Source of the DNA: Candidatus Thioglobus sp.
Lineage (GTDB): Bacteria > Pseudomonadota > Gammaproteobacteria > PS1 > Pseudothioglobaceae
NCBI GenBank assembly: GCA_012959965.1
Contig: DUCF01000056.1
Span: forward strand, 11,036-75,035
Reading direction: 5' to 3'
Length of the DNA stretch: 64,000 nt
In this document: piece after piece, positions 1-9,605 of the stretch
Position numbering within the stretch: the stretch's first letter is position 1
Layout: each line of letters begins with the position of its first letter
Notes under the pieces: model-generated
Told to the model about the DNA's origin: nothing
Databases searched by the model: none
Seen by the model: only the letters and a program-made list of their open reading frames with translations
Position numbers and translations under genes: made by a program

Positions 1-372
1 AAAAAAACCAAGCTTACTTTACTACTCAGTATTGGTTTATTAATCATCAGTCAAGCGCTGTTTTTCAGTCTTGATTTAAGCATGGGTATTTTTCTTATTT
101 TGCTGTCACTTTTCTTTATTGCTTTTAATGCCGTTGAAGCCATTCTTCCTTCGCTTTTATCTAGGACCGCAGGAGCTTCAAAACGCGGCCTAGCAATGGG
201 TGTCTTCTCCACCTCGCAGTTCCTTGGGACATTTATTGGTGGTGCAATTGGTGGACTTATTTATGACATTTTTGACTTGAATAGTGTATTCTTATTGACC
301 ATATTTATGGCAATAATTTGGTGGCTGGTTATTCTAACAATGCCATCCAAAAACAACACAACGGAGAAGTAG
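1..372 (+). CDS. MFS-type transporter, C-terminal fragment (5' end lies outside the window)
   Basis: Frame 1 is open from base 1 to the stop at 370-372. The translation is hydrophobic and TM-like (..[23 protein letters not shown]..), typical of the last helices of an MFS permease. Confidence 0.5.
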   Translation, partial: KKTKLTLLLSIGLLIISQALFFSLDLSMGIFLILLSLFFIAFNAVEAILPSLLSRTAGASKRGLAMGVFSTSQFLGTFIGGAIGGLIYDIFDLNSVFLLTIFMAIIWWLVILTMPSKNNTTEK

Positions 373-374
373 TT

Positions 375-830
375 ATGGCGGGAATTAATAAAGTAATTTT
401 GGTTGGAAATCTAGGCGCAAAACCAGAGGTTAAATACGCCTCAAATGGTAATGCCATTGCCAATCTTTCTGTTGCCACAAGCGACTCGTGGACAGACAAA
501 AATACCGGTCAAAAGCAAGAAAGAACAGAATGGCACAGGGTTTCTCTTTTTGGAAAACTCGCCGAAATTGCAGGCCAATATCTCGATAAGGGCTCAAAAG
601 TCTACGTTGAGGGCAAGCTACAAACGCGTAAATGGCAAGATCAAAACGGCCAAGATCGTTACACAACGGAGGTTGTTGTTAGTGGTTTTAACGGCACTTT
701 ACAAATGCTGGATCGTCGTGATGACGCGGGTGGAGCTCCTTCGGTGCCGAGACAGAATGCGCCTGCCCAGGCTGCACCGACAATTACACCGGTAGCAAAT
801 GATGATTTTGAGGACGATATCCCGTTTTAA
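375..830 (+). CDS. ssb: single-stranded DNA-binding protein
   Basis: ATG at 375. The track start at 318 is an upstream in-frame Met that overlaps the previous gene. N-terminal OB fold [14 protein letters not shown].., Gly/Pro/Gln-rich linker, and the acidic tip DDDIPF. Confidence 0.95.
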   Translation: MAGINKVILVGNLGAKPEVKYASNGNAIANLSVATSDSWTDKNTGQKQERTEWHRVSLFGKLAEIAGQYLDKGSKVYVEGKLQTRKWQDQNGQDRYTTEVVVSGFNGTLQMLDRRDDAGGAPSVPRQNAPAQAAPTITPVANDDFEDDIPF

Positions 831-853
831 AAAACAACCCCTCTAAGAATTCC

Positions 854-880
854 AATCCCCTTTAAATAGGGGATTTTTTT
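854..880 (+). terminator. Rho-independent terminator after ssb
   Basis: Stem aatcccc (854-860) pairs with ggggatt (869-875), followed by a run of seven T. Confidence 0.65.
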
Positions 881-898
881 ACCCTCAGCAAGCAAACC

Positions 899-1300
899 TT
901 ACTCAGTTTTCAAAGGGGTGTCGTTAGCCTCTAAAACAACAAAAGCAACAGCATTTTGACTCTCATCAGAGATGCTTAGGTGAGCTTGTTTAATGTTGGT
1001 ATTAACCAAATACAGTCTTAACTTCTCACTGGGAATAAAATGCGGCTTACCTTTGTCGTTGTTTCTAACGGTAAGATCCTGAAAACCAACCACTCGACCG
1101 ATACCTGTGCCCAGCGCCTTCGCAAAAGCTTCTTTGGCGGCAAAACGCTTGGCAAAAAAAGCGGGGCTATCTGCTTTATTAGCAAACAATAATTGCTCGT
1201 GTTCGGTCAATACTCTTTTGACAAAACCCTCTCTATTCTTTTTGAGAATGTGCGCTATTCGCTTGATATCAACAATATCTGTTCCAATACCGTAAATCAT
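899..1300 (-). CDS. acpS: holo-[acyl-carrier-protein] synthase
   Basis: MIYGIGTDIV.. N-terminus and FAAKEAFAKALGTGIG motif. It lies downstream of pdxJ, as in the classical cluster. Confidence 0.9.
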   Translation of the reverse strand: MIYGIGTDIVDIKRIAHILKKNREGFVKRVLTEHEQLLFANKADSPAFFAKRFAAKEAFAKALGTGIGRVVGFQDLTVRNNDKGKPHFIPSEKLRLYLVNTNIKQAHLSISDESQNAVAFVVLEANDTPLKTE

Positions 1301-1458
1301 TGTCTAAGTCCTAATGGTAATAATATGAATATAATGTTTAGCTTTATTATCGTAATGCCTGAACAAAATCTAAGAGTCACCGATTGTCCCACGACGATTT
1401 TTTGAAAATATTAGGGTGATAAAGATGAGCGTTAGATTTGTGTTGCCTCTGTTGGGAT

Positions 1459-2184
1459 TTAGGCATTCCTCGCCTCCAGCATAATGGCTTTCATTTCACG
1501 TGTCGCTTCAGCCAAGCCAACAAACATCGCTCTAGCAACAATCGAGTGGCCAATATTGAGCTCTACAAGCTCGCTCAATGCCGCGATTCTCCCTGTATTC
1601 CCAAGTGTCAGACCGTGTCCGGCATTTACTTGTAAGCCAATGCTATGCGCGTAAGTTGAGGCATCTTTGATCTTCTGGAAACAATCATTGCGCGATTGCT
1701 CATCTACGGCATCCGCATAATGGCCGGTATGAATTTCAATCACCGGGGCGCCACATTCTTTGGCGGCATCTATTTGATCGTTATCGGCATCAATGAACAA
1801 TGAAACTCTAATATTGTCTTCAGCAAGTCTTTGACACACTTCGCGCATTCTTGGCATTTGTGAAGCTACGTCAAGGCCGCCTTCGGTTGTCAGCTCTTCG
1901 CGTTTTTCAGGCACCAGACAACAATCTTCAGGCTTAATATTTGCCGCAATAGAAAGCATTTCATTAGTTGCCGCCATCTCTAGATTCATTTTTGTCTTTA
2001 ATGAGCGACGCATCAGTTCGACATCGCTATCATTAATGTGGCGGCGATCCTCCCTTAGATGCAAAGTAATACTATCCGCGCCTGCTTGCTCACAAATTAA
2101 AGCTGCCTCAACTGGACAGGGATAAATGGTTCCTCTAGCCTCTCTTAAAGTGGCTATATGATCGATATTAACGCCTAAATACAT
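1459..2184 (-). CDS. pdxJ: pyridoxine 5'-phosphate synthase
   Basis: [25 protein letters not shown] and IEIHTGHYA motifs; 241 aa. Confidence 0.95.
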   Translation of the reverse strand: MYLGVNIDHIATLREARGTIYPCPVEAALICEQAGADSITLHLREDRRHINDSDVELMRRSLKTKMNLEMAATNEMLSIAANIKPEDCCLVPEKREELTTEGGLDVASQMPRMREVCQRLAEDNIRVSLFIDADNDQIDAAKECGAPVIEIHTGHYADAVDEQSRNDCFQKIKDASTYAHSIGLQVNAGHGLTLGNTGRIAALSELVELNIGHSIVARAMFVGLAEATREMKAIMLEARNA

Positions 2185-2198
2185 ACTTATAATCTCAA

Positions 2199-2885
2199 TT
2201 AACTAACAACAAACAACTCTCTGCTTTTAAGGGGTTTTTCACCCAAAAGCGTTCGCAATCTTTGGCGGTTTAGACCTTTGGCTATTTTTAGCTCTTTAGT
2301 GCTTAAGTGCTCAGTTGTATCACTGGCAAATTTAAGCAATATTTCGCCGGGAATTTTACCATTCGCATGACGAACAAAACCCTCTTGCTCGACAAAATGA
2401 TAATTCATTGTCGGACTGATTGGCTCGCCTGAGTAATCACAGCGAAAATCAAGACCGTAGCCCAACTCTTCTAGTAACTGGTTCTCGAACAATCTAAGAG
2501 TCAACTGCTGTTCGCCATCCGGCGCCCGACTTATACTTTCTACAAATTTTTGATAGCCTAAAAAAACTCCTGGGTGTGCCTCGGCCTCGGGCAAAAGACG
2601 AGACAGTATCTCATTAGCGTACATGGCCAGCACTAAATCGTTCCCCAGTAACCGTCTGGGTACGTCATGGCTTTCAGTGTTTGCTAACGTCTTAAGCTCC
2701 CCTCTGCCTTTGAAGGAGATTTTTAAGCACTGAAACATTTGAATTGGTGTTTTGTTTTTTCGAATACCACGAGCAACAAGCCGTATTTTGCCGTAATCAC
2801 GGGTTAAAAAATCCAGCAATAACGAGCTGCCCTGGTACGTACGTCTATGAAGTAAAAATGCTGGTGTTAGCTCAATATTAGTCAT
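2199..2885 (-). CDS. recO: DNA repair protein RecO
   Basis: 228 aa. The N-terminal OB-like segment is [33 protein letters not shown]. The start overlaps the era stop by 8 nt. Confidence 0.9.
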   Translation of the reverse strand: MTNIELTPAFLLHRRTYQGSSLLLDFLTRDYGKIRLVARGIRKNKTPIQMFQCLKISFKGRGELKTLANTESHDVPRRLLGNDLVLAMYANEILSRLLPEAEAHPGVFLGYQKFVESISRAPDGEQQLTLRLFENQLLEELGYGLDFRCDYSGEPISPTMNYHFVEQEGFVRHANGKIPGEILLKFASDTTEHLSTKELKIAKGLNRQRLRTLLGEKPLKSRELFVVS

Positions 2886-3762
2886 AACCTAGGGAAGCAA
2901 GCGCCCTTTTGTCATCCGACCACCCTTGTCGCACTTTTACCCATAATTCTAAAAACACTTTTTTCTCTAAAAAACCCTCAATACTGATTCGCGACTCTTC
3001 ACCAATCTTTTTCAAAACCGCACCTTTGTGGCCAATAACAATGCTTTTTTGTGACGCCTTGTCAACGAAAATTCGAGCAGCAATACGATACATGCGGCCA
3101 TCCAATTCAAATTTTTCAATTTCAACGGTCAAATCGTAGGGCAACTCATTTGATAAATTTCTCATCAATTTTTCGCGAATAAACTCAGCAACAACAAATT
3201 TTTCCGAGCGGTCGGTAATATAATCGGCGTCGAAAATAGCCTCTCGCTGTGGAAGATACTTAAGAATAAGTGAGCGTAGTGCGCTGGAGTGTGCCTTTTT
3301 AAAAGCAGAAAGTGGAAACACCTCCGTAGCCTGATACTTGTCACTGAGCTTTTGTAAAAACGGCAAGACTTGATCGTTCTTCTCTAATTTGTCAATCTTG
3401 TTCACACAAAGCACAACCGGCACATCAACTTTACCAATATGCTCTAAAACGCGCTCGTCCTCTTTTGTCCATTTTCCCGCCTCAACCAACCACAGAATCA
3501 TGTCAACATCATTAAAGGTCGAGCTTGCCGCTCTATTCATGTAAGCGTTGATTGCCTTTTTACTACCAATATGAATGCCTGGCGTGTCAACAAAAACCAT
3601 TTGATAATCATCGGTCGTATCAATAGCGTGAATACGGTGTCTTGTGGTTTGTGGTCGATGCGAAGTAATTGAGAGTTTCTGCCCAATCAGTTCGTTTGTT
3701 AAGGTTGATTTGCCAACGTTCGGTCTCCCAACAATGGCGATAAATCCAGCTTGATAACTCAT
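2878..3762 (-). CDS. era: GTPase Era
   Basis: G1 GRPNVGKST, G3 DTPG, G4 NKID, and a C-terminal KH domain. There is an ATGA overlap with rnc. Confidence 0.95.
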   Translation of the reverse strand: MSYQAGFIAIVGRPNVGKSTLTNELIGQKLSITSHRPQTTRHRIHAIDTTDDYQMVFVDTPGIHIGSKKAINAYMNRAASSTFNDVDMILWLVEAGKWTKEDERVLEHIGKVDVPVVLCVNKIDKLEKNDQVLPFLQKLSDKYQATEVFPLSAFKKAHSSALRSLILKYLPQREAIFDADYITDRSEKFVVAEFIREKLMRNLSNELPYDLTVEIEKFELDGRMYRIAARIFVDKASQKSIVIGHKGAVLKKIGEESRISIEGFLEKKVFLELWVKVRQGWSDDKRALASLGYD

Positions 3763-4430
3763 TGTGTTAATTTCTCCAGTAATGATTCAGCGCAAGCCTG
3801 TTCAGCGCGCTTGATACTTTTTGCATTTTTTTCGACGCAAAGACTGTCCTCGCCCAAAGTACATCGCACATAAAAAACAGCATTATGGTCTTGACCTGTG
3901 GTTTTGAGTAATTCGTAACTCGGCAAGATCAAGCCTCTTTTTTGCAAGAATTCTTGCAATTGCGTCTTAAAGTCCTTGAGCGAGTCCGTTGGGCTTGTTT
4001 CGTCAAGCAGGCTCTTAAAGAGAGTCAGAACCACCTGATTTGTTGTCAAATAATCGGAATCAATAAAAATTGCACCAAATATTGCCTCAAGCGTGTCCGC
4101 CTGGATCGAATCTCTGCGAAAACCGCCACTTTTTAACTCCCCCTGACCAAGGATCAGGAAATCAGACAAATCGATGGTTTTGGCCAATTTTGCCAGTGTT
4201 TGACCTCGAACTAGGTGTGAGCGCAGTCTTGAGAGCTGACCTTCATCAATTTTGGGAAAGCGTTGAAACAATTCGCCTGAAATAATACACCCAAGAACAC
4301 TGTCACCCAAAAACTCCAACCTTTCATTATTGTTATTACCGACACTGCGATGCGTCAACGCTCGCTTTAGAAGCGCAACGTCGTTAAACTCGTAGCCTAT
4401 ACTTTTTTGTAATTTAATCATTAAATTCAT
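3759..4430 (-). CDS. rnc: ribonuclease III
   Basis: RNase III signature NERLEFLGDSVL plus a C-terminal dsRNA-binding domain. Confidence 0.95.
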   Translation of the reverse strand: MNLMIKLQKSIGYEFNDVALLKRALTHRSVGNNNNERLEFLGDSVLGCIISGELFQRFPKIDEGQLSRLRSHLVRGQTLAKLAKTIDLSDFLILGQGELKSGGFRRDSIQADTLEAIFGAIFIDSDYLTTNQVVLTLFKSLLDETSPTDSLKDFKTQLQEFLQKRGLILPSYELLKTTGQDHNAVFYVRCTLGEDSLCVEKNAKSIKRAEQACAESLLEKLTQ

Positions 4431-4433
4431 TAA

Positions 4434-5228
4434 CTAAACCGCAACCGGTGCCTTAATTGGCTCGTCATAAAGATAATCTTTGAACTCAAAATCTTCATAT
4501 CGATAATCAAAAATACTGTCAGCTTTACGGTGAATAAGTAACTTTGGCAATGCTTTGGGTACACGACGTAATTGGGTTTCTACTTGTTCACAATGATTGG
4601 AGTAAACATGGCAATCGCCACCACTCCAAATAAAATCGCCAACTTCAAGATTGCATTGCTGCGCAACCATGTGTGTCAACAGCGCATACGAGGCGATATT
4701 AAAAGGCACGCCTAGGAAAATATCAGCACTACGCTGATAAAGCTGACACGACAGTTTGTTATCGGCAACATAGAATTGGAAGAAAGCATGGCACGGCGGT
4801 AAAGCCATATTACTAAGTTCGCCAACATTCCAGCTAGAGACAATAATTCTTCTGGAGTCGGGGGATTTCTTGATTTGCTTGATGACTTCACTTATTTGGT
4901 CAATTTTCTCACCTTTGGCATTTTGCCAAGAGCGCCACTGGGCCCCATAAACCGGCCCGAGCTCGCCATTTTTATCTGCCCACTCGTTCCAAATATTGAC
5001 TTTATTATCGGTTAAATAGCGAATATTGGTGTCACCCCTTAAAAACCAAAGAAGCTCGTGCACAACCGATGGCAAGTGTATGCGCTTGGTTGTCACTAAA
5101 GGAAAACCCTCTTGCAAGTTAAAACGCATTTGGTGACCAAAAACACTGACCGTGCCAGTGCCGGTGCGATCAGTTTTAACCGTACCCCGTTCTTTAACCA
5201 ATCTCAAAAAATCCAAATATTGTTTCAT
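4434..5228 (-). CDS. thyA: thymidylate synthase (ThyA type)
   Basis: 264 aa. Motifs include RTGTGT, the active-site [12 protein letters not shown], and DCHVYSNH. Confidence 0.95.
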   Translation of the reverse strand: MKQYLDFLRLVKERGTVKTDRTGTGTVSVFGHQMRFNLQEGFPLVTTKRIHLPSVVHELLWFLRGDTNIRYLTDNKVNIWNEWADKNGELGPVYGAQWRSWQNAKGEKIDQISEVIKQIKKSPDSRRIIVSSWNVGELSNMALPPCHAFFQFYVADNKLSCQLYQRSADIFLGVPFNIASYALLTHMVAQQCNLEVGDFIWSGGDCHVYSNHCEQVETQLRRVPKALPKLLIHRKADSIFDYRYEDFEFKDYLYDEPIKAPVAV

Positions 5229-6013
5229 GCGGTTTTGTTTGTGTTGTTTGCTTTATAAAATAGATAGGCGCCAATAATAATCATTGGTAAGCTCAATAAT
5301 TGCCCCATCGTTAGCCAGCCAAACGCCAAATAACCCAGCTGAGCATCGGGCACCCTTACAAATTCAATTATAAATCTAAAGAACCCGTACAAGGTTAGAA
5401 AAATAGCGGAGGTTGTCATTAGTGGACGCGGTTTTTTTGTATAAACCCACAAAACAATAAACAACACAATACCCTCTAAAAACCCTTCGTACAGTTGCGA
5501 GGGATAACGTACAGCCCACTCACCACTTTGGTCGGGGCCATAAACGCCGAATACACTGGTTGTCACTTTACCCCACAACTCAGCATTGATGTAGTTGCCG
5601 ATTCGACCAAAAGCCAAACCGAGAGGCACTAATGGCGCAACAAAGTCCATCGTCTCAAAAAATGTTTTCTGTGATTTTCGATTAAAAATTAAAGCAGCAA
5701 CAAGAACACCAATAAAACCACCATGAAAAGACATTCCGCCGCCTTGAAAATCAAAAAATGTCAGTGGATTGGAAGCGAACGACGATAGATTATAGAAAAT
5801 TAAATAACCCAATCGTCCACCCAAAACCGCGCCTAAGGCGCCATAAAAAATCAAATCCTCAATTTGTTTGCGAGTCCAGCCGGTGTTTGTTTTCAGCCTT
5901 ACACTCGCCAATAAATAGACCGAGATAAAAGCGAGCAAATACATCACCCCATACCAATGCACTTGCACAACACCAAGGTCTAGAATAACGGGGTCAATAA
6001 CCGTGTATTTCAT
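5225..6013 (-). CDS. lgt: phosphatidylglycerol-prolipoprotein diacylglyceryl transferase
   Basis: Polytopic membrane protein with the Lgt signature [14 protein letters not shown]. There is an ATGA overlap with thyA. Confidence 0.95.
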   Translation of the reverse strand: MKYTVIDPVILDLGVVQVHWYGVMYLLAFISVYLLASVRLKTNTGWTRKQIEDLIFYGALGAVLGGRLGYLIFYNLSSFASNPLTFFDFQGGGMSFHGGFIGVLVAALIFNRKSQKTFFETMDFVAPLVPLGLAFGRIGNYINAELWGKVTTSVFGVYGPDQSGEWAVRYPSQLYEGFLEGIVLFIVLWVYTKKPRPLMTTSAIFLTLYGFFRFIIEFVRVPDAQLGYLAFGWLTMGQLLSLPMIIIGAYLFYKANNTNKTA

Positions 6014-6025
6014 AGGGGTTTAGAT

Positions 6026-6102
6026 TGGTGCGTCCGAGGTGATTCGAACACCCGACATTCGGCTTCGGAGACCGACACTCTATCCAGCTGAGCTACGGAC
6101 GC
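6026..6102 (-). tRNA. tRNA-Arg (anticodon CCG), CCA encoded
   Basis: The reverse complement is GCGTCCGTAGCTCAGCTGGATAGAGTGTCGGTCTCCGAAGCCGAATGTCGGGTGTTCGAATCACCTCGGACGCACCA. It folds as a cloverleaf with a perfect 7-bp acceptor stem, anticodon loop CT-CCG-AA, and a GTTCGAATC T-loop. Confidence 0.9.
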
Positions 6103-6386
6103 ATTATTGGAGGCTTGGGTGAAGCTTGTGTTTATCAATAGTTAGGAGCTGTTAGAAAAGGATTCTTGAGTTATTTCCAAGATAAATTATCTCATTTACT
6201 ACAGATACAATTATAGGCTGAAATATGCATTTCTTTTGTCGAAGTGTACTAAAAGTGTACGATTTTTATCGCGTTAAATTAGGCGGGTTTTGACAGGCAT
6301 TTAGTTCCAATGTACTGAAATACTAACAAGACCACCCTCACTCTTACATTCTTGCTGGATTGCACCCCGGGGGACCCAATGATAAT

Positions 6387-6438
6387 CTTGCAGTAATAGA
6401 TAAACTGTCACACGCATATGAGATGAAGTTTTGAATTC
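6387..6438. repeat. copy A of a ~50-bp repeat in the 3' flank of the 759-aa gene
   Basis: cttgcagtaatagataaactgtcacacgcatatgagatgaagttttgaatt aligns with 8840-8890. The shared cores are CTTGCAGTAATA and CATATGAGATGAAG. Confidence 0.7.
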
Positions 6439-6446
6439 AGTAAACT

Positions 6447-8726
6447 TTAGTTTTCCTCGGCGGATGCGAGTGATGCATCAATGGCTGCATGTGTCGCGTC
6501 ATTTTTAGCATCCAATGCTGCCAACTCTCGATTTCGCCTTTCAGTGAAAATCTCATCAACAGCGCTATCGTATTCATCTTCAACAGGCTGGATGGTTTGC
6601 TCGTACAATGTTCTTGCCACCACGGTAGTAACGATATAAATTTCAGTTGCTGCATTTATTGCAGCTCTCCACTCCTCCGAAAATTCACTAACAGCTTCTT
6701 GCCACTCTTGTGTTGGAGTGCTCTGACTTCCCTGAATAAGTTTAAGCTCTTCAAATGGAGCAATCGCTTCCTGATAAATTGTATCAGCCTCAATTATTGC
6801 CAACTCTAAGATTAGTTGTTGAGATTCGGTCTGTTGGTTGTATAGCTCTTCTGCTGCAGCGATAATAGGACTATTTTGGTAGTCATCATACACAGGCTCC
6901 CATTTTGCTGTAGCAATAGCCTGGATTTCCTTCATAACAATATCATAAGCCGCTTTAATGGCAGCAATTTTGTCATCTAAGGTTTGAGCAGAACTAGCTG
7001 CTTGGGATATTGCATCAATCCCATTGGCTATTTCTTCATCAATTGCTGCTTCATATCCATCGTGCCAATCAAATTCTTCAGTATTTTCGTCTGTAGTCTT
7101 CCACTCGTCAGGCTTGGCTTTCTTACGAGACAATCCATTCTCTGCAAAAGAACTACCATTGTTGTTTTCCCTTAGCAGAATCAGCATTTCCTTTCTCTCG
7201 GTTTTAGTCATTTTGGCAACATCTTCGGATGCTTTTTGCCAGTCACTCGCTACTTTTTCTTTTATTTGAGCAACTACCGCTTTACTAAGCTGCTTGGTTT
7301 GAAGGTTAGCATCAGAAGAGGTGGCTTTTATGTCTGCGTTGTTTTCTATGCCTAAATTAGTAGCGCCAGCTTCATTCAACAAGTTCTCTATATTTTCAAG
7401 AGCTTTGGCTGATTTATCCGAGGTTGTACGGGGACAAGTCCAGAAAGAACCGTCCTCATTACAAATACATCCCGTCCCGCCTACATCCAGCACGCCAGGA
7501 GCACAAGGCGAATCTGGAAAGGATACGGACGCTACATCTCTAGTACCCGAACCCGGCAGCTCGTTGTCGTTATCTGGCACTGAAACAGTGGTGGGTTGCG
7601 TTAACGTTGGGTTGGAGATAATCATTCGATTCGTCAAGGTCGCACCGCCGATTTCAGGCTCAAGTCTGTATACGACTTCATTTTCCTGCCATACATCTTC
7701 TGCTGTGTAGGTGAAGAGAATATCATTGCCATCTACATCACCCGATTCATCATTTTTCTTAATATCTACTTTTTGCTGCGCCTTTCCCTCTGTCAGTTTC
7801 ATCTGTGTCTGTGTCTGCGCTCTTAATTCAGCCACTGTTTTGGCTAATGCTTCAACTGTTTCTTCAGTCATAGCCTGTAATGCCTTTTTATCAGCTACAG
7901 CAGCTACTTCTTTTTCTCTATCTTTTACCTCCTTTTCTTCTTGCTCTTCGATATCAACTTTAGAATCTTCAATAGAACTTAATTTTGGCTCATACACAAC
8001 ATATGGTTCTTTTTTTGTTTTTTTAACATCCCTATAAGCTGTGTACTCCTCTGTCCTAGTTTTGGTTACCTCTCTATGCTTAGTAACCTCTATACTTTCC
8101 ATGACAGCATAAGGCTCTTTAAATACCTTTCTAACAGTTCGTGTTGCAGTATATTGTCGCGTCTCTGCCACCATTCGCGTTGCAGTATATGGCACTCTTT
8201 TGGTTACAGTTCGTGTTGCAGTGTATGGTTGCTTTTTCGTTACAGTTCGATAAGCGGTGTAAGGTACTTTTTTAGTCACATAACGATAGCTTGTAACAGT
8301 AGTGTCAAAAAATTTCTGGGTGTACGGCTCCTTGATAGTGATAGTTCTATAGGCTGTGTATTTCTCTTGTACTGTTACATCCCTATAGGCTGCATATTCC
8401 TCTTCAACCTCTTCTTCTCTATAGGCTGTATATTGCTGTGGCACCATTACAGTTCTATAAGCCTCATATTCCTCTTCAGCCATACGAACAACATCACGAT
8501 ACCTGGTGACTTTAACTTGTTCAGTTACAACGTAAGGTTCTTTAACGACATATGAAACAGTTCTAGTAGCGGTATATGGCTCTGAAACCACAAACTCTAC
8601 AGTTCGGTATTTAGTTACAGCCATCATATCTTCAGCCACAACATTTTCACCTGATGCAGCATAGGTGGTAGGGACGATAAGCAGGCTAAATATAAGAGTA
8701 AGAAGAAGAAGTGGAGTTTTTTTCAT
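6447..8726 (-). CDS. secreted tandem-repeat protein of unknown function
   Basis: Signal peptide MKKTPLLLLTLIFSLLIVPTTYA/AS. Residues ~38-247 are ~11-12-aa repeats of the type (K/E)(E/x)PYTA(T/Y)RTV. These are followed by a charged coiled-coil-like segment, a 4-Cys cluster (C408, C420, C422, C431) and an acidic helical C-terminal half. Confidence 0.8.
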   Translation of the reverse strand: MKKTPLLLLTLIFSLLIVPTTYAASGENVVAEDMMAVTKYRTVEFVVSEPYTATRTVSYVVKEPYVVTEQVKVTRYRDVVRMAEEEYEAYRTVMVPQQYTAYREEEVEEEYAAYRDVTVQEKYTAYRTITIKEPYTQKFFDTTVTSYRYVTKKVPYTAYRTVTKKQPYTATRTVTKRVPYTATRMVAETRQYTATRTVRKVFKEPYAVMESIEVTKHREVTKTRTEEYTAYRDVKKTKKEPYVVYEPKLSSIEDSKVDIEEQEEKEVKDREKEVAAVADKKALQAMTEETVEALAKTVAELRAQTQTQMKLTEGKAQQKVDIKKNDESGDVDGNDILFTYTAEDVWQENEVVYRLEPEIGGATLTNRMIISNPTLTQPTTVSVPDNDNELPGSGTRDVASVSFPDSPCAPGVLDVGGTGCICNEDGSFWTCPRTTSDKSAKALENIENLLNEAGATNLGIENNADIKATSSDANLQTKQLSKAVVAQIKEKVASDWQKASEDVAKMTKTERKEMLILLRENNNGSSFAENGLSRKKAKPDEWKTTDENTEEFDWHDGYEAAIDEEIANGIDAISQAASSAQTLDDKIAAIKAAYDIVMKEIQAIATAKWEPVYDDYQNSPIIAAAEELYNQQTESQQLILELAIIEADTIYQEAIAPFEELKLIQGSQSTPTQEWQEAVSEFSEEWRAAINAATEIYIVTTVVARTLYEQTIQPVEDEYDSAVDEIFTERRNRELAALDAKNDATHAAIDASLASAEEN

Positions 8727-8839
8727 AACAACCTGTTCTTGTTAGAGAATAGTACAAAAAAAAGAGCAACTGCCTGGTAGTCTATAACAACTGAGGTTGC
8801 AGGTCAAATATGGGTGTTATTTGTTAGGTGAACAGGCGC

Positions 8840-8890
8840 CTTGCAGTAATATATTTACTCACGCTCTCATATGAGATGAAGATTCAATTA
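8840..8890. repeat. copy B of the ~50-bp repeat, in the 3' flank of the OMP gene
   Basis: cttgcagtaatatatttactcacgctctcatatgagatgaagattcaatta. It contains the palindrome CTCATATGAG (8866-8875). The 8-bp arms gcagtaat (8843-8850) and attactgc (8887-8894) can pair. Confidence 0.7.
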
Positions 8891-8906
8891 CTGCGGCGCT
8901 GTTAGG

Positions 8907-9464
8907 TTAGAGTCTGTACTGTAAACCGAGCGTGGTTAAACTTCCACCGTTTCCTGGTGTATAGCTAAGTCCAACTGCCATAGAGTCTGTTAACGACTGA
9001 GTCAAACCAAATCCGAAACCTATACCACCACCTGATAATGAAACCCCAAGGTTGGCGGAAACAGATGTTCTATCCGTAATCATTTTGTTTATTCCGGCGG
9101 AGAGTGACGTATTGTTCGCACTTCCAGAGCCTATCCCATCAAGAGTTAGGCTAAATTTGGCAAAGGAAACGCCAAAAATGAGGTCAGTGTCTATGCTTAA
9201 CGGAGTGTGGTAGCCTATACCAAGTCCTGTGGCTGTTAAATCGCCTCCAGACTCAATATCGGTAGCAAAAGCGCCACTAATAATTAGACTTCCAGATGTA
9301 AACGAGCCTTCAAAATTGAGAAGAGTGCCACTTCCGACTCCGTCAATCTTAATAACTCCCATCCCTGCAGAAATGTAATTATATTTCATTGACGAGTTAT
9401 CCTCGCTTGCAATAACAGCGCTTGCTGTAAATGCTAGCACAATTGCAAGTAGCTTAGTTTTCAT
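8907..9464 (-). CDS. small outer-membrane beta-barrel protein (OmpA-like/OmpW-like porin family)
   Basis: Signal peptide MKTKLLAIVLAFTASAVIA. Gly/Ser/Thr-rich alternating beta-strand pattern, with the C-terminal strand LGLQYRL. Confidence 0.65.
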   Translation of the reverse strand: MKTKLLAIVLAFTASAVIASEDNSSMKYNYISAGMGVIKIDGVGSGTLLNFEGSFTSGSLIISGAFATDIESGGDLTATGLGIGYHTPLSIDTDLIFGVSFAKFSLTLDGIGSGSANNTSLSAGINKMITDRTSVSANLGVSLSGGGIGFGFGLTQSLTDSMAVGLSYTPGNGGSLTTLGLQYRL

Positions 9465-9605
9465 ACCCTCTCTCCTTTGTATATTTGCCAGTAAAAATAG
9501 CTATATTGTACATTGATTATATTATTGCAAATAAGGTTTGATTTGACATATAATCAAAAGAAATCTTCTGTATTTAGCGCCTGTATTCAATAACAAAAGT
9601 TGCCA

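Noticed and set aside
318-374. N-terminal extension of ssb suggested by the track ORF (start at 318).
   Set aside because: The extension overlaps the end of the preceding transporter gene. The canonical SSB N-terminus begins at the Met at 375.
6489-8555. Plus-strand ORFs of 63-159 aa inside the 759-aa gene (6489-6809, 6984-7269, 7321-7710, 7711-8037, 8076-8555).
   Set aside because: They are antisense shadows of a long, compositionally biased repeat gene. Their translations are low-complexity Ser/Phe/Cys-rich strings with no start-site support.
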